Below are positions 37,501-50,134 of a DNA stretch of 64,000 bases, piece after piece. The translations under genes were made by a program, and so were the position numbers. A model generated the notes under the pieces. It was not told where the DNA came from. It did not search any database and saw only the letters and a list, made by a program, of their open reading frames with translations. Within the stretch, counting starts at the first letter, position 1. Every line of letters starts with the position of its first letter. Origin of the DNA: Phoronis australis (Eukaryota > Animalia > Phoronida); assembly GCA_002633005.1 (NCBI GenBank), contig NMRA01000702.1, positions 78,138 to 142,137 of the forward strand, in the 5' to 3' direction.

Positions 37501-40500
37501 ACTATGTTATTTCCCATTTCTATGGATTTGCACTCACAGTGCGTGTACATACAGGCTCCGAAATCATGAACAAAATCAGCCAAGAGTGTCACTGCTGTTC
37601 GCCGGCAGATGGCGCATGTGTTACTACTATTCCATTGCATACATAGGGTGTCACAGCTTAAAGCAGGGATAGATTGAGGGGGGGCAAGGGGGCCATGCCC
37701 CTGGATTTAACCCTGTGAAAGGGCCACACGCAGTTTTCGAATGTTTGCGTAAACCCTAAAAACGACATGTCAGCAGCGTTTGTTTCGTCCGTTAGTGTAT
37801 GCAGGGGCTTCGGTGTCCCTTCCAGCTAAAAATACTTATGATATTCAAAGGCACATTAGCGGATTTACCGCCGAATAACGCATTTTGGAGATTGTTGGAA
37901 CACACTTCTTAACGTTATTAGCTATGAACATAGCTATGAAACAATAAAGTTCATTTCAGCTTTGTGCGTTTAACAAAAATCAACAATTGTCGCCAATATT
38001 TGCCGTACATTCGCTGAAATTGAGACCGGTGACTTTATAGGTTAAATACGCTTAAAATACTCTGCCATTTAGCGAGGGTGGTTTTAACATCACTCAGAGA
38101 GTGTTTTATTGAGAACCCTGGGGGTACAGGTTACATTGATTTCACGCTCAGGCAGATCTCGAAAAAATCTCGTTTCTCGCCGATAATGTCCTTCCAAGTA
38201 TGGTGGTCAGAATTGACTGCAATGTTAGTTTTCTGCACGAGGTAAATGCTCTCACCTAGAATTAATTTCGCGTTTGTTTCAAACGGTAGCAGAAATATCA
38301 TGGGTATAAGCAGTACAGCACCAATGTTGAAGATAAACATTTCAGACAGCAACACCTTCACGTTGATAAGACTATCGAGCGAGTACCCAGCAAATGGGTT
38401 GTATTCTTCACGATGCATGTTCATGTAGAATATGATGTCTGGGAAAGGCTGTTGACAGCACGGGTACTTTTTGATGTTCAGCACTGCGGTAGCGTTTTCA
38501 ATGAACCACTCGTATTTAGACTTCGGAATGTAGTCCGACAGATCCACATGACCGCCATCGGTCCCTTCAAAGTGGCTCAGCGCAACCTGCAAAGGATTTA
38601 AGAATTTGTTTGCCTTAGAGGATGAGAACAATCTGGGGTGCGTTCAGTTGAACTAAGGTCTCGCAAATTTGGTGTGATCACTTTAAACCAGACAATTGTT
38701 TCGCGAGTAAGCTGGCAACCTTATTAACGTGTACTAGCACACTTCGTGGAGCGTTGAAATGCGCCCACGAATGCATTGCAAATGGTGTGCTTTTAGGATT
38801 CTTTATTTGTATCATAAAAATGGAAACTAGATGGCGCAAAAACATACAATCCATCCAAAAACAGGAACATGCCATATTTCATAAAAATCTGTCAAGGAAC
38901 TTCAGAGAAACAAAGGAAAACAGAATAAAATAAAATTGCCACTAGTGGGCACAGTTTCCGTTGGGTCCGCCTGAAAGTGGTCGTCGTCTGTTGTTATCTT
39001 CATATAAATACACTTACTAACTTTAGTAAAGATCCTGCAGTGGGTTTAAGAGATACAACTATGGGCGCAAAGCAAAACTACCACTAGGAGGCGCCACAGT
39101 AATCAGTCACCATCATCAAAGGTCGTCTTCACTGAGATCATATATGCTAATTTTCAAATGATTTGTTTGATACAGGGATGGACACCAAAAACAAGATTTG
39201 AAAACGGCAAAAGTGGCCACTAGGTGGTACAAAATACCTCGATTCTATCCAAAAACAGGCAGATAGCATCATCACACCAATAGATGCCTATATTTAAAAT
39301 TTTATGAAAATCTGTTGAGGACCTTTGAAGACACTGAGTTAAACGTAAAAAACTAAAATTGACATTAGAGGGCACAGTAGTAGTCAGATCTGTCTGAAAG
39401 TCGTCGTCATCCGTAGTCAACATCACATAAATACAATTGCTAAATTAAGTAAAGATTCAGCGAACGGTTTAGGAGATACAACCATAGGGGCAACAACAAC
39501 AAAACTGCCACTAGGAGACGCCACAGTAGTTGAAATCGTCGGAAAATCATCGTCAACCGTCCTCTTTATAGTAAGCGCATATATGCCAATTTCCACAATC
39601 ACCCTTTGAGCGATTTGGTTAACAGAGGTGTGGACGCAAAAAAGAGACTCGAAAACAGTAAAAATGGCCAATAGGTGGCGCAAACTACGTCGAATCCATC
39701 CGAAAACGGGAAGATAGTGTCATCTCACTCAAAGGTGCCTACATATTAAATTTCATGAAAATCCGTTTAGGATTTTTGAAGATACAAAGGTGAACGTAAA
39801 AAAATAAAATTGCCACTAGGGGGCACACCAGTAGTCGGATCCGTCCGAAAGTCGTCTTGCTCCGTTGCTAACATCATATAAATATACTTACTAAATTTTG
39901 TAAAGATTCTGCGAACGGTTTAGGAGATACAGCCATATGCGCAAACAAAACAAAAATGCCACTAAGAGGAGCCACAGTAGTCGAAATCGTCGGAAAATCA
40001 TCATCAACCGTCCTCTTCATAGTAAGCAAATACATGCCAATTTTCCCAATCATCCTTTGAGCGGTTTGGTTGATAGAGGGTCGGACGCAAAAAACAGACT
40101 CGAAAACAGTAAAAATGGCCTCCAGGTGGCGCAAACTGCGTCGAATCCATCGAAAAACGAGGGGATAGCGTCATCTCACTAATAGGTGCCTACATACCAA
40201 AATTTCATGAAAATCCGTTCAGGACTTTTAAAGATACAAACGTAAGCGTAAAAAACTAAAATTGCCACTAGGGGGCACACCGGTAGTCGGATCCGTCCGA
40301 AAGTTCGCTGATGCCGTCCCATTCATGAATGGAACATTTTTGCTAAATTTCATGAACGGACGCCGCCCGGACGGACGAACGGAGATGACGGCATAAATAT
40401 GTGGGCGCATAAAAATGGCTAAATTGATTGGTCATCGAGGCTTTAATGTTAAACTACCGGAGAAATTTCACTGCGCACTTTTCAACAAGCTAAGATTGTC

Positions 40501-43500
40501 TTGGATCGCCATTTTCACGAAAACATGTCCCTTTAACTACAAATTTATAGTGTTTGGGCTTTCTCCGTCAGATTTTCCACCAGTTGATCAAGAGAAAATT
40601 TTAGGGTCACTCAACTGAAGCGATTATTGAAAAATTATTTGAAAGTGCTGAAATGCGCCCACGATTGGGGAGCAAACAGTATGCTTCTAGAGCTGTATTA
40701 GTATTGAAAAATGGCACAGAATATGTCAAACCCGTCTAAAAGTGAAGATGGCATCGTCGTCTCCTCATGTTAATAAGAACCGTTTTTGCCAAATATAATG
40801 AAAATCCGTCCAGTATTTCGAAAGATATATCGGCAATTGTAAAAGGCCATCAGGGGCACATCGGTAGTCAGATCCGTCCAAAAGAAGTCAGCTGACGCCA
40901 CATTCATGTCAATACGCTTGACTCGTAAATTATACACATGGCCACTGGGTAGAGTTGAATAGGTCAAATCCGTTGGAAATGGCAACTTGACGTGGTCTCT
41001 TTAATAAAAACCTATTTCCAAAATTCCATGAGAAATCGTCATGGGACTGAAGATTCAGAGGCAAATGTGAAGTATTAAAATTGCCATTAGGGCCGGCAAT
41101 ATCCGAAGGTCGGTTTTGGTGTTCTCATCGGGAAAGCAATGCCAATTTTCATAATTGTCCTTCGACCGGTTTTCATACAAACAGACGGACACCAAAAATG
41201 GACGCCTAAACAATGAAAATGGCAGTACGGAAATGGAAGCCGTCGTCGTCGGCCTACTAACAAGCTATTTGCCAAATTTTATGAAAATGCGCCTATAGTT
41301 GAATTTCCGGTGTGGTAGTCGGATCCCTCCAAAAGTCGTTGCCATCCGTCGTCAACTCCATAGGAACAAATCAGCCAACTTTTTATGAATTTCCTCCACG
41401 CGGTTTTGGAGATACAGCAGTGGACATCGAATCACCCTTGCAGTGTGCAATCACATGGGTTTTGGGCTTAAACTTGACATGCTAAAAGAGTGTCGTTTAG
41501 GTGTGATAGCTTTCGGAAAACTGGATGGTGATTAAAATTCGTTTTTGTAAATTTTTCAATTAAAATGAAACACAAAACTAAATTAACACAATGGTTCGAG
41601 ACTCGACTTTTAAGAACAATGCTTCCGTGAAACGCTTTGATTTACTCACTCTCAGTCCATCGTATACCCACGAGCCAAATCTCAAAGGACAAACTTGGTC
41701 GTTGTACGGCTTGCCGTCGGAACTCTTGTTTATCTTGCAGTGAGATCGTAATGTCATTCTGGGTATATAAGCTACACTCCCGTCGAACAGCACTAACGCG
41801 TTCAGATCAGGATCAACATTATCCACATGGTCGACGCTGAAAAAGAATTACGTCATGTCTCTTAGCTCATCTTTCTGATACTCAAAGTACTTTATGTTCG
41901 CTGGTTGCACAAGTACAAAAGACGTGGGCGTTCACAGTTGTAACCAGTCGTACATGTAGTTTGATGTCACAATATGTTCCACAGTTGTAACCAGCTCTCC
42001 CGTATTGAATTAAAATGATTTGATGACAATTATCAACATACTCAAAAACATCATTACCATGATTATAATAATATTATTATCATTGCCATAGTCAGTGTTA
42101 TTTTTATTGTACATTATAGTTATTATTACATGAAAGGTATACCAAAAACAAAGAGGATTATAGTTCATATTATACGTATACGAAAACATTTTTAAATTTA
42201 ACTTCACCAACAGTCAGAGACGTAGATAGAAGTATTCAACAGGGGGACTAAACGCAAAAATCTTTGGCGAACGGTGGGCCACAATTGAAACCTGTTTCGA
42301 CCGAGGGAAATGCCTTTTTTCCCATGAACAGACATTAACCCAATTGCGCCCTCTCTTGGCTACGTCAATACCAACAGAAATTAGTGTGTTCACAGCGAAT
42401 ATTTAGTACAGACAATTTTCGCATCGCAGTAAATGTTCCTTAGCGTCATTTCTGATTCAGTGGTACCTCTCGACTGCGATATTTTCTGAAACACACAGTG
42501 AACAATTTCTGAAAGACATAGTTGAAATTTTGAGACTGTAGTATGAGCTCGTATCTACATATTGAGTAGGCAGAATTAAAAATTGTTACTCATTTTTAAC
42601 CCAATATTCACTGAGAACTGGAACCAGTCCCAAGCTCCTAGACAGTGATCCCGCGTCTCTGATTGGACCATACCAATGCGCGGGGTCCGATGTTCGATTG
42701 ATACCTGTTATACAACTTAATGTCTGGCGTCCACAACTTATGGGCGGCTACTGTCAGATAATGGACTCCTCCATGCTCGGATGGGTTCCATCGCAGGGAA
42801 ACGTCTTTCCATGCCTGAAGGAGATATTGACACAGTACAGAAAATCAAGAAGTATTAAAAGGTTCAATATCATTAGCTTTACTCGTGTACGGTATTGTAT
42901 TCAACAGCAGCCTGTCCGATATTAGCCTAGTGATGTGACCATTAAGCGGACAGTTGGTGCCCGATATTAGCGTAGTGATGTGACCATTAAGCGGACAGTT
43001 GGTGCCCTGTTGACTTTGTTCATGGATACTGCCTCCTAGGTAGTGGCCTGACTATGTTCATTATTTTAATAATGAACATTTGTAGTCAGTCAGGCTATTA
43101 AAATAACATTATTATCTATTTTAAGGACCTTTTATCCCCAAGCACTTGCTTCTGTCAGAACATTGCAGTTACACAGGGAATATTGTTTGCTAATTTTAAA
43201 GCGACAAGTATCCAACAACGTCAGTGGGTGGGTCTTCTTTTCGGCGTCTTATTCTGTATTCCTAGGGTCTATAGAATGGATTTGGACGGAACTGTCGGTC
43301 GGTATAACCACCAACTTCACGGGTTTACTGTTGTACATTCCTTAGACAGAGGACTACCCCCCTCTCCCCTGTTCTGTTCATTACCCAATTACAACAGCGT
43401 TTGATAACTTCTGTGCCATCTTTGACAATCTTGAGGCATGTTTAAAAAGTTCCCGGTCATGTTCGAAAACGGAGCCTCTTCGAAGCAACTCATGATCAAC

Positions 43501-46500
43501 TTTATCTACTTCGTACAGTACAAACTATTTATGATAGTATTGCGAAGTAGTGCTAATTTTAGTCCTTTTGCAGCGGCTGTAAATATGTCTTTGTTTACTT
43601 ACGTGCTAATTTTAAAGTTCGTGTTCAAATAAAACTCAGGGTCATGCTCACCAACGAAAATATTAAGCAACAAATAATGTTTCTGTGAATTTGTGAAAAC
43701 GAAGATTAGGAGGCCAAAGTACACTATGCATATGCGCCATGTTTGGCATTTTGCTTTGAGAAAACTGCGTGCTCTGGTTCAGAACAATCTCCTGCTTATT
43801 GTGAATATGTCACCATAGACGACCGTCGCCCTAACCTAAACGACCCTCGCCCTTTGCTAAACGACCATCGCGCTACCTAGACGACCATCGCCCTACCTAG
43901 ACGACCATCGCCCTATCCTAGACGACCATCGCCCTATCCTAGACGACCATCGCCCAATCCTAGACGGCCGCCGCCCTATCCTAGACGACCATCGCAGTTC
44001 TCACAAGCCTGTCTCTTTTGAGTGAAGAACCAGATGTGGTCAATTTTACTAATGCAAGTGCTTTAAATCAACAGCTATTTTTGTCAGAGAAGATGCGAGT
44101 TCAGTCCCACTTACACTGGAAAATTCCTCACCGGACCTAGTTTTCTCCGTATCGAGGCCTAGTTTCAGAACTGACGTAAGTTTTTAACAGGAACTAGTGT
44201 GGTTCTTCACGATTCCTGCCAAGTATAGCGGGTGTCGTGGTTCTTCACGATTCAGGCCAAGTATACAAACTACCCATATGTGAAAACATCTTCCATTTGT
44301 CATGTTCCCACTTTAGCCTGACTTTCTCGTACATTACTCTTTATTCTCACATCATTATGATTGCATAATATAATTCCATCTTATAACCTTCAGCCTGTCT
44401 GTAAAGCACAAGTTGACGATCTTACCAGTCTTAGCCAGGCGTGACATTCAAACATTTCATTCTTGATGTCCTAAAACAGATGAAAACACTGGGATGAAAA
44501 GTGACGTATATGAATTATTGAGACACAGGCCACATTAGAAATGTTATACGCAAGGACTTGCGAAAGATCAGCCAATGGGCTCTCTCAGAAACGATATCGT
44601 TCTTTTACGAATTTTTTTGCGTCCAAAAGACCCCTAAATGTGTCTTTTGGAAAAAGTTGGGGTTCTTTTCGTCTATGGCCGCCTCAGCACCCCGATTAGG
44701 TTTTACGTGTGCTTAAAGATGCTATGTCTTATTTAAATAGTTAAATTTGTAGCAAGCGCCACCTCGTGAATTCCTGGAGAACTGTGCGCACAAGTATCTG
44801 AAGAAAAGAAACAATTTGTAAATGAAATGCGATTTTAAAGAGAACACCACAACTGATACACTTAAGAACAAATGTGAGCATACAGAAAACTAGAAAGCCC
44901 TAGTAATTCTAAATTTTACGCAATCGTTATTTGATAGTGAAATGAACAAAATAGTAAAAACTGTGCCTTGTTTTATTAGGGTAGCGATGACATTTTACCA
45001 TACTCATTTGCGTAAAAATAGTCTCGCAAAACGAGACTTTGGCGAGATTGTAATGGTAACTGGTTCTCGGATGGTTTCCGGCACACCGGAAGACCCGGGG
45101 TTGTTTGTACTTCATTTGCTTATTCACGATTTAATGAGACATACATGAAGCATCTTTAAGAGCAAATGTTTGATTTTGTCGGCATCTTGGCCACAGTAAC
45201 AGAAGTCTGACGATGCTTCTGTTGGTAAGAGGTCAATTTAAGTATTTAAATATCAAATCGTAAAAGAATACTAACGTCTTGTTCATATTTTTACGTGTAC
45301 AAGATATGCAAGACGATACAGAAAGACTTTCCCAAATCTTTTTTCCCGTACGACACGTTAGGAAGTCTCCGTACACTGACAATCGGCATTGACGAGCAGT
45401 GACATACACGTTTAACGGAAGACTTAGTTTTATAACCATGTGCAGTGATCTATATTTTAGTTTGCTTTAAAAGGGTCCAGCAGTCTTTTAAAATAAGTCA
45501 ACGGGTACTCACGAAGGAATGCAAGCGAACAATTGACAGGCCGACTTTCACCTTGACAGGTTCATCGACAGGTGCCGGTCTGATGTCCTTGTTGTACTGT
45601 TCAAGTAAGAATGCGTAAAGTTTTCGCTCGTTCTCAACAGTTTTGGAAACGTTAGACTGCACTGAAACACAAAATGACACAATTTATCAGTTTTATTACT
45701 GCCCTGTCCATAGGGTCCACATGGCTTCGGCTTCACATTAAACAGACAACTGGTTGCGGGTATTAGTCGAGTTTCATTATGTTACAACTGACTAGCTCTT
45801 GTGCTCCTGCTCGCGAGATAAAGTTCCACGTTGCAACAGTTGACTACATAAATAAAAATACAATAACTCTCAAGATGATGGACCCCTTTTTCTAGGGTAT
45901 TGTTTTTCCAAGTCCGTTTTAATTACTGTAGAGTCATAAATCAGAATGCAATTGAGTGACCAAGTTGCAGGTAGCAGATTTTATTTATACAGTGTCCACA
46001 TCGCAAGTGCCGTCCGAGAAGGAGCCAGACCGAATGTCTTTTCTACCGTTAAAGAAAATGGATTGCGAACGCTGTCAGACGTCGAAAATGCTTTCTTATC
46101 CTCCAACCCAAAGCAGAAGGCAAATCTACATGTAGGCCTACCTTCTTAATTTGAGAATTGTGCATTCCGTGTTCGTGTTACGCCAAAAAGCACAGTTTGT
46201 TCTGCTCTGTGCCCGACTCAAGAAAGACCCCGGACCGCAGCCAAGGCCCGGTGTTTTTAAGATGCTTCCCAAAAGGCTCGTAACCAAAGATAAGCAAGGT
46301 TTTTGAAACCACAAGATTTGCCAAGTGATCAATAAAAAACAAACCATGCATCATTTCATCCGTCTCTGGTAGATTTCCATTTAAGAACAAGTAAAAAACT
46401 AACGCACCATTGGCTTAATTTTCAAAAAACAGTGGCAAGAACCAGCTGTCCTTTTTTGACCTTCAGCTCCATTCGCTTTGCGCTTGGCCAACCGGCAATC

Positions 46501-49500
46501 TCACATTAAACCATCAATGCGTCTAATCTACGTACTTGTTTTCTGCCTATTTTTCGTTTTCCATCTCACTTTACTTGTCACGGAACATAACCCCATGCTT
46601 CCAAATATCGAAACATCTTATCTCAGAAATGGGTGATTGGATTCGTATAAAACTTTCGTATGCTTTGTTTTATGCAGGGTTCTCCAAAAATAGGACTTTC
46701 ATGGTTGAATAAACCGAAAACGAAGTAGTAATTTAGAACATTGTAACGATACCCCTGAGATTTTATCTTGGTTACTGGTGTCGTTGTTTGGCTATGGATA
46801 TGCCTCCGGTTCTTTTATGCTCAACTTTATTAAAAAGACGCGGTCATGGGACCCGTGTTGTAGAAGCGTGGTATAAAGTTTTTACATTCCGAAATATATT
46901 TTTTCACCGAGTTAAACTCTACAGTTTTGTGGATAGTTGTCTAAATTAAGACTTGTCGATAAGGACTTAATGACCTAAATTCTCCAATTATATTTAAAAG
47001 CTCGTTGTCTTACGCTCGTTGTTTACGTTCGTCGTTTAACTGACGAGCGTGATACCCCCAAGCAAAATGAAACAGCAACAGTGCGAAGCGTAAGCAAACA
47101 TAACTAGGACCGGTGGTGGAGAAGGGGGCGGGATCCCTTTCCCGTTTTTTTTAAGTTAGTCGGTAGACTTTCCGAACAGAAGCCGGCCCCCCAACTTTCA
47201 GGGCGCCAGTGCACATACGGACGCGCTTTACCCAATTCCCCGAGGCAAACATATTAGGCCCCCATTATGGTACCCTAGATCGGCCACTGTACACAGCTGG
47301 AATTTACGAACGTAAGTTTACAGGCGTACACTTTGTCAGAGCTCACGTGGCCTGCGACATAATCTCTCATTGGGCATAATGATTACGCCTTTTTAAGCCC
47401 GAATCTTACGACAGTTTCCCTCCAGCAGCCAACGATACTCATAATTACCGAGACGTTGCGTACTGTGTGTAGCCACCTTCTCATAAAAAGTCCGGCTTTA
47501 TTCGTATGCGCTGTTAACCACTTTAGGCCTTACATCTAATCAATGCCAAACCTAAGTCTAGCAAGCTAGCTGTACGAAGATTAATGTCAAAATACATTTT
47601 TGTACCTAGTCGAAACTTTATGTATCGTGCGAGCTTGTTCCACGGAAAGGTTTGGCTGGTAGGCCTATTTTGTCTGGCAATTTCCTGTGCCTGTAAACTG
47701 CGACATTTTAATTTTACCACTATTACCGAACGACAGCCTTCAAGAAGTTTGTATTCATCGAGAAGGAAGGCGGTCGTACTGTACTATTGTGCGAGGTCTC
47801 ATTTTACGCGAGTGTTTACGGAATGTATAAAGTCAATCCAGGGCACTGAAGTGGGACTGAATTTTATGTTGTGTTAACAATGCCAAACTGGGTTTTTATT
47901 TGTTTTCGTTTCAAAACAGGTCACTAGCGATGAGTAGCTGAGGCGTGTGCGGTTAACCAAGGAGAACTACCAAACCACTAACTGCCAAACGGTACTTGAG
48001 ACACACTCCTTTTAGTACGAAGCTGGAATTTTCCATTCGACGCGTGGAAAATCCCCATGTACTGATGTCAACTGCAGTGCACAAAGCCCTAAAGCAATGT
48101 TATTGTTGGTAGCTACCTAAATGCGTTGTACTCGTCCATTCAATTGGTATGGGTGTGCTGTAAACGCAGAATGACAACTGTTTCGTATCCAGTGAAAGTT
48201 TTTTACATAGTAAGTCAACAATATCTGGGCTAGTTAATTACCCGAAATAGACAAATCTTAATACAAAAACTTTCCAAAATATTGCGTTTGTTGTGATAAA
48301 GATTTTCCAAATGTATGACACAGCAACAACGGACGTACTCTTTGCACTCCAACCCCAATTTANATTACGCCTTTTTAAGCCCTAATCTTACGACACTTTC
48401 CCTCCAGCAGCCAACGATACTCATAATTACCGAGGCGTTGCGTACTGTGTGTAGCCACCTTCTCATAAAAAGTCCGGCTTTATTCGTACGCGGTGTTAAC
48501 CACTTTAGGCCTTTCATCTAATCAATGTCAAACCTAAGTCTAGCAAGCTAGCTGTACGAAGATTAATGTCAAAATACATTTTTGTTCCTAGTCGAAACTT
48601 TATGTATCGTGCGAGCTTGTTCCATGGAAAGGTTTGGCTGGTAGGCCTATTTTGTCTGGCAATTTCCTGTGCCTGTAAACTGCGACATTTTAATTTTACC
48701 ACTATTACCGAACGACAGCCTTTAAGAAGTTTGTATTCATCGAGAAGGAAGGCGGTCGTACTGTACTATTGTGCGAGGTCTCATTTTACGCGAGTGTTTA
48801 CGGAATGTATAAAGTCAATCCAGGGCACTGAAGTGGGACTGAAGCTTATGTTGTGTTAACAATGCCAAACTGGGTTTTTACTTGTTTTCGTTTCAAAACA
48901 GGTCACTATCGATGAGTAGCTGAGGCGTGTGCGGTTAACCAAGGAGAACTACCAAACCACTAACTGCCAAACGGTACTTGAGACACACTCCTTTTAGTAC
49001 GAAGCTGGAATTTTCCATTCGACGCGTGGAAAATCCCCATGTACTGATGTCAACTGCAGTGCACAAAGCCCTAAAGCAATGTTATTGTTGGTAGCTACCT
49101 AAATGCGTTGTACTCGTCTATTCAATTGGCATGGATGTGCTGTAAACGCAGAATGGCAACTGTTTCGTATCCAGTGAAAGTTTTTTACATAGTAAGTCAA
49201 CAATATCTGGGCTAGTTAATTACCCAAAATAGACAAATCTTAATACAAAAACTTTCCAAAATATTGCGTTTGTTGTGATAAAGATTTTCCAAATGTATGA
49301 CCCAGCAACAACGGACGTACTCTTTGCACTCCAACCCCAATTTAGCATTCTCGGTTCTACTGCTGTGTTCTACTGCTGTGTTCTACTACTGAATTTTGTG
49401 CGAAAATAAAAGTCTGCTGCTCTTTGTTCGATTACATTTTGTTTTACGTTGATAAATGTCCAAACAGTTAACATTTGGTGACAAGCTATAAGTTTTTTTC

Positions 49501-50057
49501 TGAACTCTTGAGTGTTTACTCAAAAGTTCGAGTTTAACTCGAGATAGTACTAAAAAATTGAGCCGATCGAGTTAAATTGACGCACGTAAACCGTAATGTA
49601 CTCGAGTAGAGAATAATGGTTATTTATCTTGAGATAGCACGAAAGTCAAAAACAATCTCGAATTCGGTTTCAAGCACCACTGTAACTTAGACCTCGGGCC
49701 TTAATATGCTTTTATTGCGATGGTATTTCCAGCGACCCATTGTCACGTGACTAGACGGAACTGGTAATCCTTGTATTTACTCACTTCAAAACTTGAACCA
49801 ACTAAACAAGTTTTAAGGAAACAAATATTGACGACAATAGATGTAACTCAACATTCAACATAAACTTCGATCACCGAATAAAATGCTTTGTTTTATGTTT
49901 GTTTGAAGAGCATAAAATGACATCGTTAAAAAACACCAGAATTGCTAATAGTAATAGTGTGTCGGTGGGTCTTACCTAGGTTGTCCCAATCACACAGCGA
50001 AAGCTTTGTCAAAGACAAAACAACACAGCAATAAAATAGCAGTCGTACACACTTCAT
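34297..50057 (-). CDS. Atypical nicotinic acetylcholine receptor alpha-like Cys-loop subunit, gene A (9 exons, 442 aa)
   Basis: Exons 50057-49976, 45661-45513, 44470-44426, 42814-42705, 41836-41650, 38586-38256, 37218-37159, 35629-35511 and 34542-34297; all GT-AG and in phase, 1329 nt. Motifs: signal peptide, YNKDIRP, W.D..L.WNP, WTPDIKLYN, FGSWVYDG, YPCC, FLLP, W..V..VIDR. Confidence 0.93.
35511..35629 (-). CDS. Gene A exon 8 (M3)
   Basis: AKLCELNFVILVIGLTATSVLHTLWHSDRSRKLLPQCLRK. Confidence 0.9.
35760..36190. repeat. Degenerate hexamer satellite (GTTCAT/GTTCTT/GTTCTG)n
   Basis: Seen directly; produces spurious VLVH / NMNQ ORFs. Confidence 0.9.
37159..37218 (-). CDS. Gene A exon 7 (60 nt, M2)
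   Basis: GSAILVCLTLVLVKSPSHST; ccgtcag acceptor and gtaaat donor; same size as and homologous to the gene B M2 exon. Confidence 0.88.
38256..38586 (-). CDS. Gene A exon 6 (loop C + M1)
   Basis: KKYPCCQQPFPDIIFYMNMHR...IFLLPFETNAKLIL. Confidence 0.93.
38930..41420. repeat. ~451-bp degenerate tandem repeat array in gene A intron 5
   Basis: GCCACTAGGGGGCAC at 39812 and 40264; ORF-track duplicates offset by 451 bp; more degraded copies on both sides. Confidence 0.85.
41650..41836 (-). CDS. Gene A exon 5 (Cys-loop, loop B)
   Basis: ..SHCKINKSSDGKPYNDQVCPLRFGSWVYDGLR. Confidence 0.95.
42705..42814 (-). CDS. Gene A exon 4 (110 nt, loop A)
   Basis: AWKDVSLRWNPSEHGGVHYLTVAAHKLWTPDIKLYN. Confidence 0.95.
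43818..43995. repeat. 20-21-bp tandem repeat x ~9
   Basis: Unit GACGACCATCGCCCTATCCTA. Confidence 0.9.
44426..44470 (-). CDS. Gene A exon 3 (45 nt, loop D)
   Basis: DIKNEMFECHAWLRL; the 45-nt size is typical of nAChR genes. Confidence 0.9.
45513..45661 (-). CDS. Gene A exon 2
   Basis: ERKLYAFLLEQYNKDIRPAPVDEPVKVKVGLSIVRLHSF. Confidence 0.93.
47382..49344. repeat. 982-bp direct duplication joined at a single N
   Basis: 47382-48362 and 48364-49344 are nearly identical, with N at 48363. Confidence 0.95.
49976..50057 (-). CDS. Gene A exon 1 (signal peptide)
   Basis: MKCVRLLFYCCVVLSLTKLSLCDWDNL; GTAAG donor in phase 1. Confidence 0.8.
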
Positions 50058-50126
50058 GGCTGTTGTGGCGTGTCTGGTGGTGACGCTCTGTGTCGGAGAA
50101 TGACAGACTGGCTGTGACCGGTACCA

Positions 50127-50134
50127 CTTAAATA
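50127..50134 (-). promoter_or_regulatory. Candidate TATA box of gene A
   Basis: Minus strand CTATTTAA ~70 bp upstream of the ATG, with CAGT/CATT initiator-like motifs 20-30 bp downstream of it. Confidence 0.4.

Noticed and set aside
47382-49344. Recent 982-bp tandem duplication with two 97-aa ORFs
   Set aside because: The copies join exactly at a single N and differ by scattered SNPs, typical of two haplotype contig ends scaffolded together; the ORFs have no recognisable motifs.
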